Origin: Macrostomum lignano
Taxonomy: Eukaryota
Assembly: GCA_002269645.1 (NCBI GenBank)
Contig: NIVC01000692.1
Coordinates: 309,950 to 373,949 of the forward strand
Direction of reading: 5' to 3'
Length of the DNA stretch: 64,000 nucleotides
The notes under the pieces were generated by a model. The model was not told the DNA's origin. It ran no database searches and worked only from the letters and a program-made list of their open reading frames with translations. Shown here piece after piece: positions 63,051 through 64,000 of the stretch. Every line of letters starts with the position of its first letter. Position 1 is the first letter of the stretch. Made by a program: the position numbers and the translations under genes.

Positions 63051-64000
63051 TGTCCAGCGAATTCCAGCAACAGTGATTCTTTAATCTTTTGGACCCAGCC
63101 GGCAAGCTAGGCATCCAGACCAAAGCCATAAGCGTTAAGGTCTGCTGGCCCGTGCCGAAATCCAGATTTCACATTCCTTAATGAAGACAGAGTTTCCAAA
63201 TTTATGAAGACCAGCCAATGCGGAATTTCATGAATTTGTGTCCGAATAGCTAAAATTCGGATAACACTTCCTGGATGGCAGTTAGCCGTGTTTACATCGG
63301 AATAATTAGAGCCAATACAACCGTCTATAAACAGTTACTATTTTAAACCGGCTCTTTAAAGGCCCTGTGCTATCATATTTATGCATTCTATTTCTATTAA
63401 TAGATTTCTGGCTCAAATTATGGAACTTTTGGCTTGTTTAAAGTCAGGATAAATTCCTGATTTTATTACTCTCCAGGTCAGCCTCGTATTTGTATTGTGT
63501 AGGATAGAGACTGCGACAAATGGGCTGGTTGGATTATGAGTGCAGCCCATGCGAGGTCAGGTGCTTGCTTGGGTCAGTTATTGTTATCCTCCCGTGTTTT
63601 CTTTGATGTTGCCGATAGGAACACTGGCAGGTGAGTTAAATATAGGCAAGGCCTTACAATCAGTTGGGTTGGGGAATAGTAGTATAGCAGTTCAATGCAA
63701 TAAACTTCACATTGTAATAATTGTATTACACAATGATCCACATTAGTCGGAAATTCCTAGCGCAGTCAGAAGTCTTGAGAAGAATTTATACAGAGAATGA
63801 TATAAAGAAATGTTGCCGAAAAAATCGTACCTAAAGTGTACTGACGGTCTCGCACAATAAATATAACTAAACAATAATTCGAAGGCCGAGGACACAGGGC
63901 TTTTCCGGGGGACCGAAAACTGAACCCTTTTGTCTTCTAAACTTATACACCCACGCCTGGGCTGAGTGCAAACATGACGCCAGGGGCACCCCAACCCCGT

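Noticed and set aside
59322-63129. Numerous long Pro-rich or Trp/Gly-rich ORFs
   Set aside because: Translations of the ~28-bp and 20-bp minisatellites within CBFB introns.
63136-63205. Minus-strand peptide KFGNSVFIKECEI resembling CBFB exon 1 (KFENEEFFRKLSRECEI)
   Set aside because: No start codon, upstream and downstream stops, and no donor after CE; probably chance. True 5' exons likely lie beyond the window.

Overview
Eukaryotic (invertebrate animal) genomic DNA. GC-rich Ala/Gln/Pro-rich exons, TTAGGG-type repeats and very dense minisatellites resemble a free-living flatworm such as Macrostomum; this is inference, not established. Five intron-containing genes were reconstructed by hand with in-phase splice sites. 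(1) SH3D19-like protein with 4 SH3 domains (minus, 2207-5074). (2) SLC25A39/40-type mitochondrial carrier (minus, 7762-10323), with a GC-AG intron. (3) RP2/XRP2 (plus, 28837-43577), with a 10.4 kb first coding intron. (4) FucTA-like GT10 alpha-1,3-fucosyltransferase (plus, 46953-50570). (5) The last two exons of CBF-beta (minus, 58867-60825). The rest is minisatellites and transposon relics: a head-to-tail array of three Helitron-like units loaded with minisatellites, a full-length dead mariner, a MULE remnant with a PHD finger, a Penelope 3' end with a degenerate hammerhead ribozyme, an RTE 3' end, a CORE-SINE, a Harbinger-like Myb ORF, several MITEs, and a TIR-anchored intronic duplication. 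A decayed 28S rRNA fragment covering the R2 target-site region lies just upstream of the SLC25 gene. Most long ORFs in the supplied track are artefacts of tandem repeats. There is no CRISPR array, intact rRNA gene or true tRNA gene. All homology calls are by eye from recalled sequences; no searches were run.
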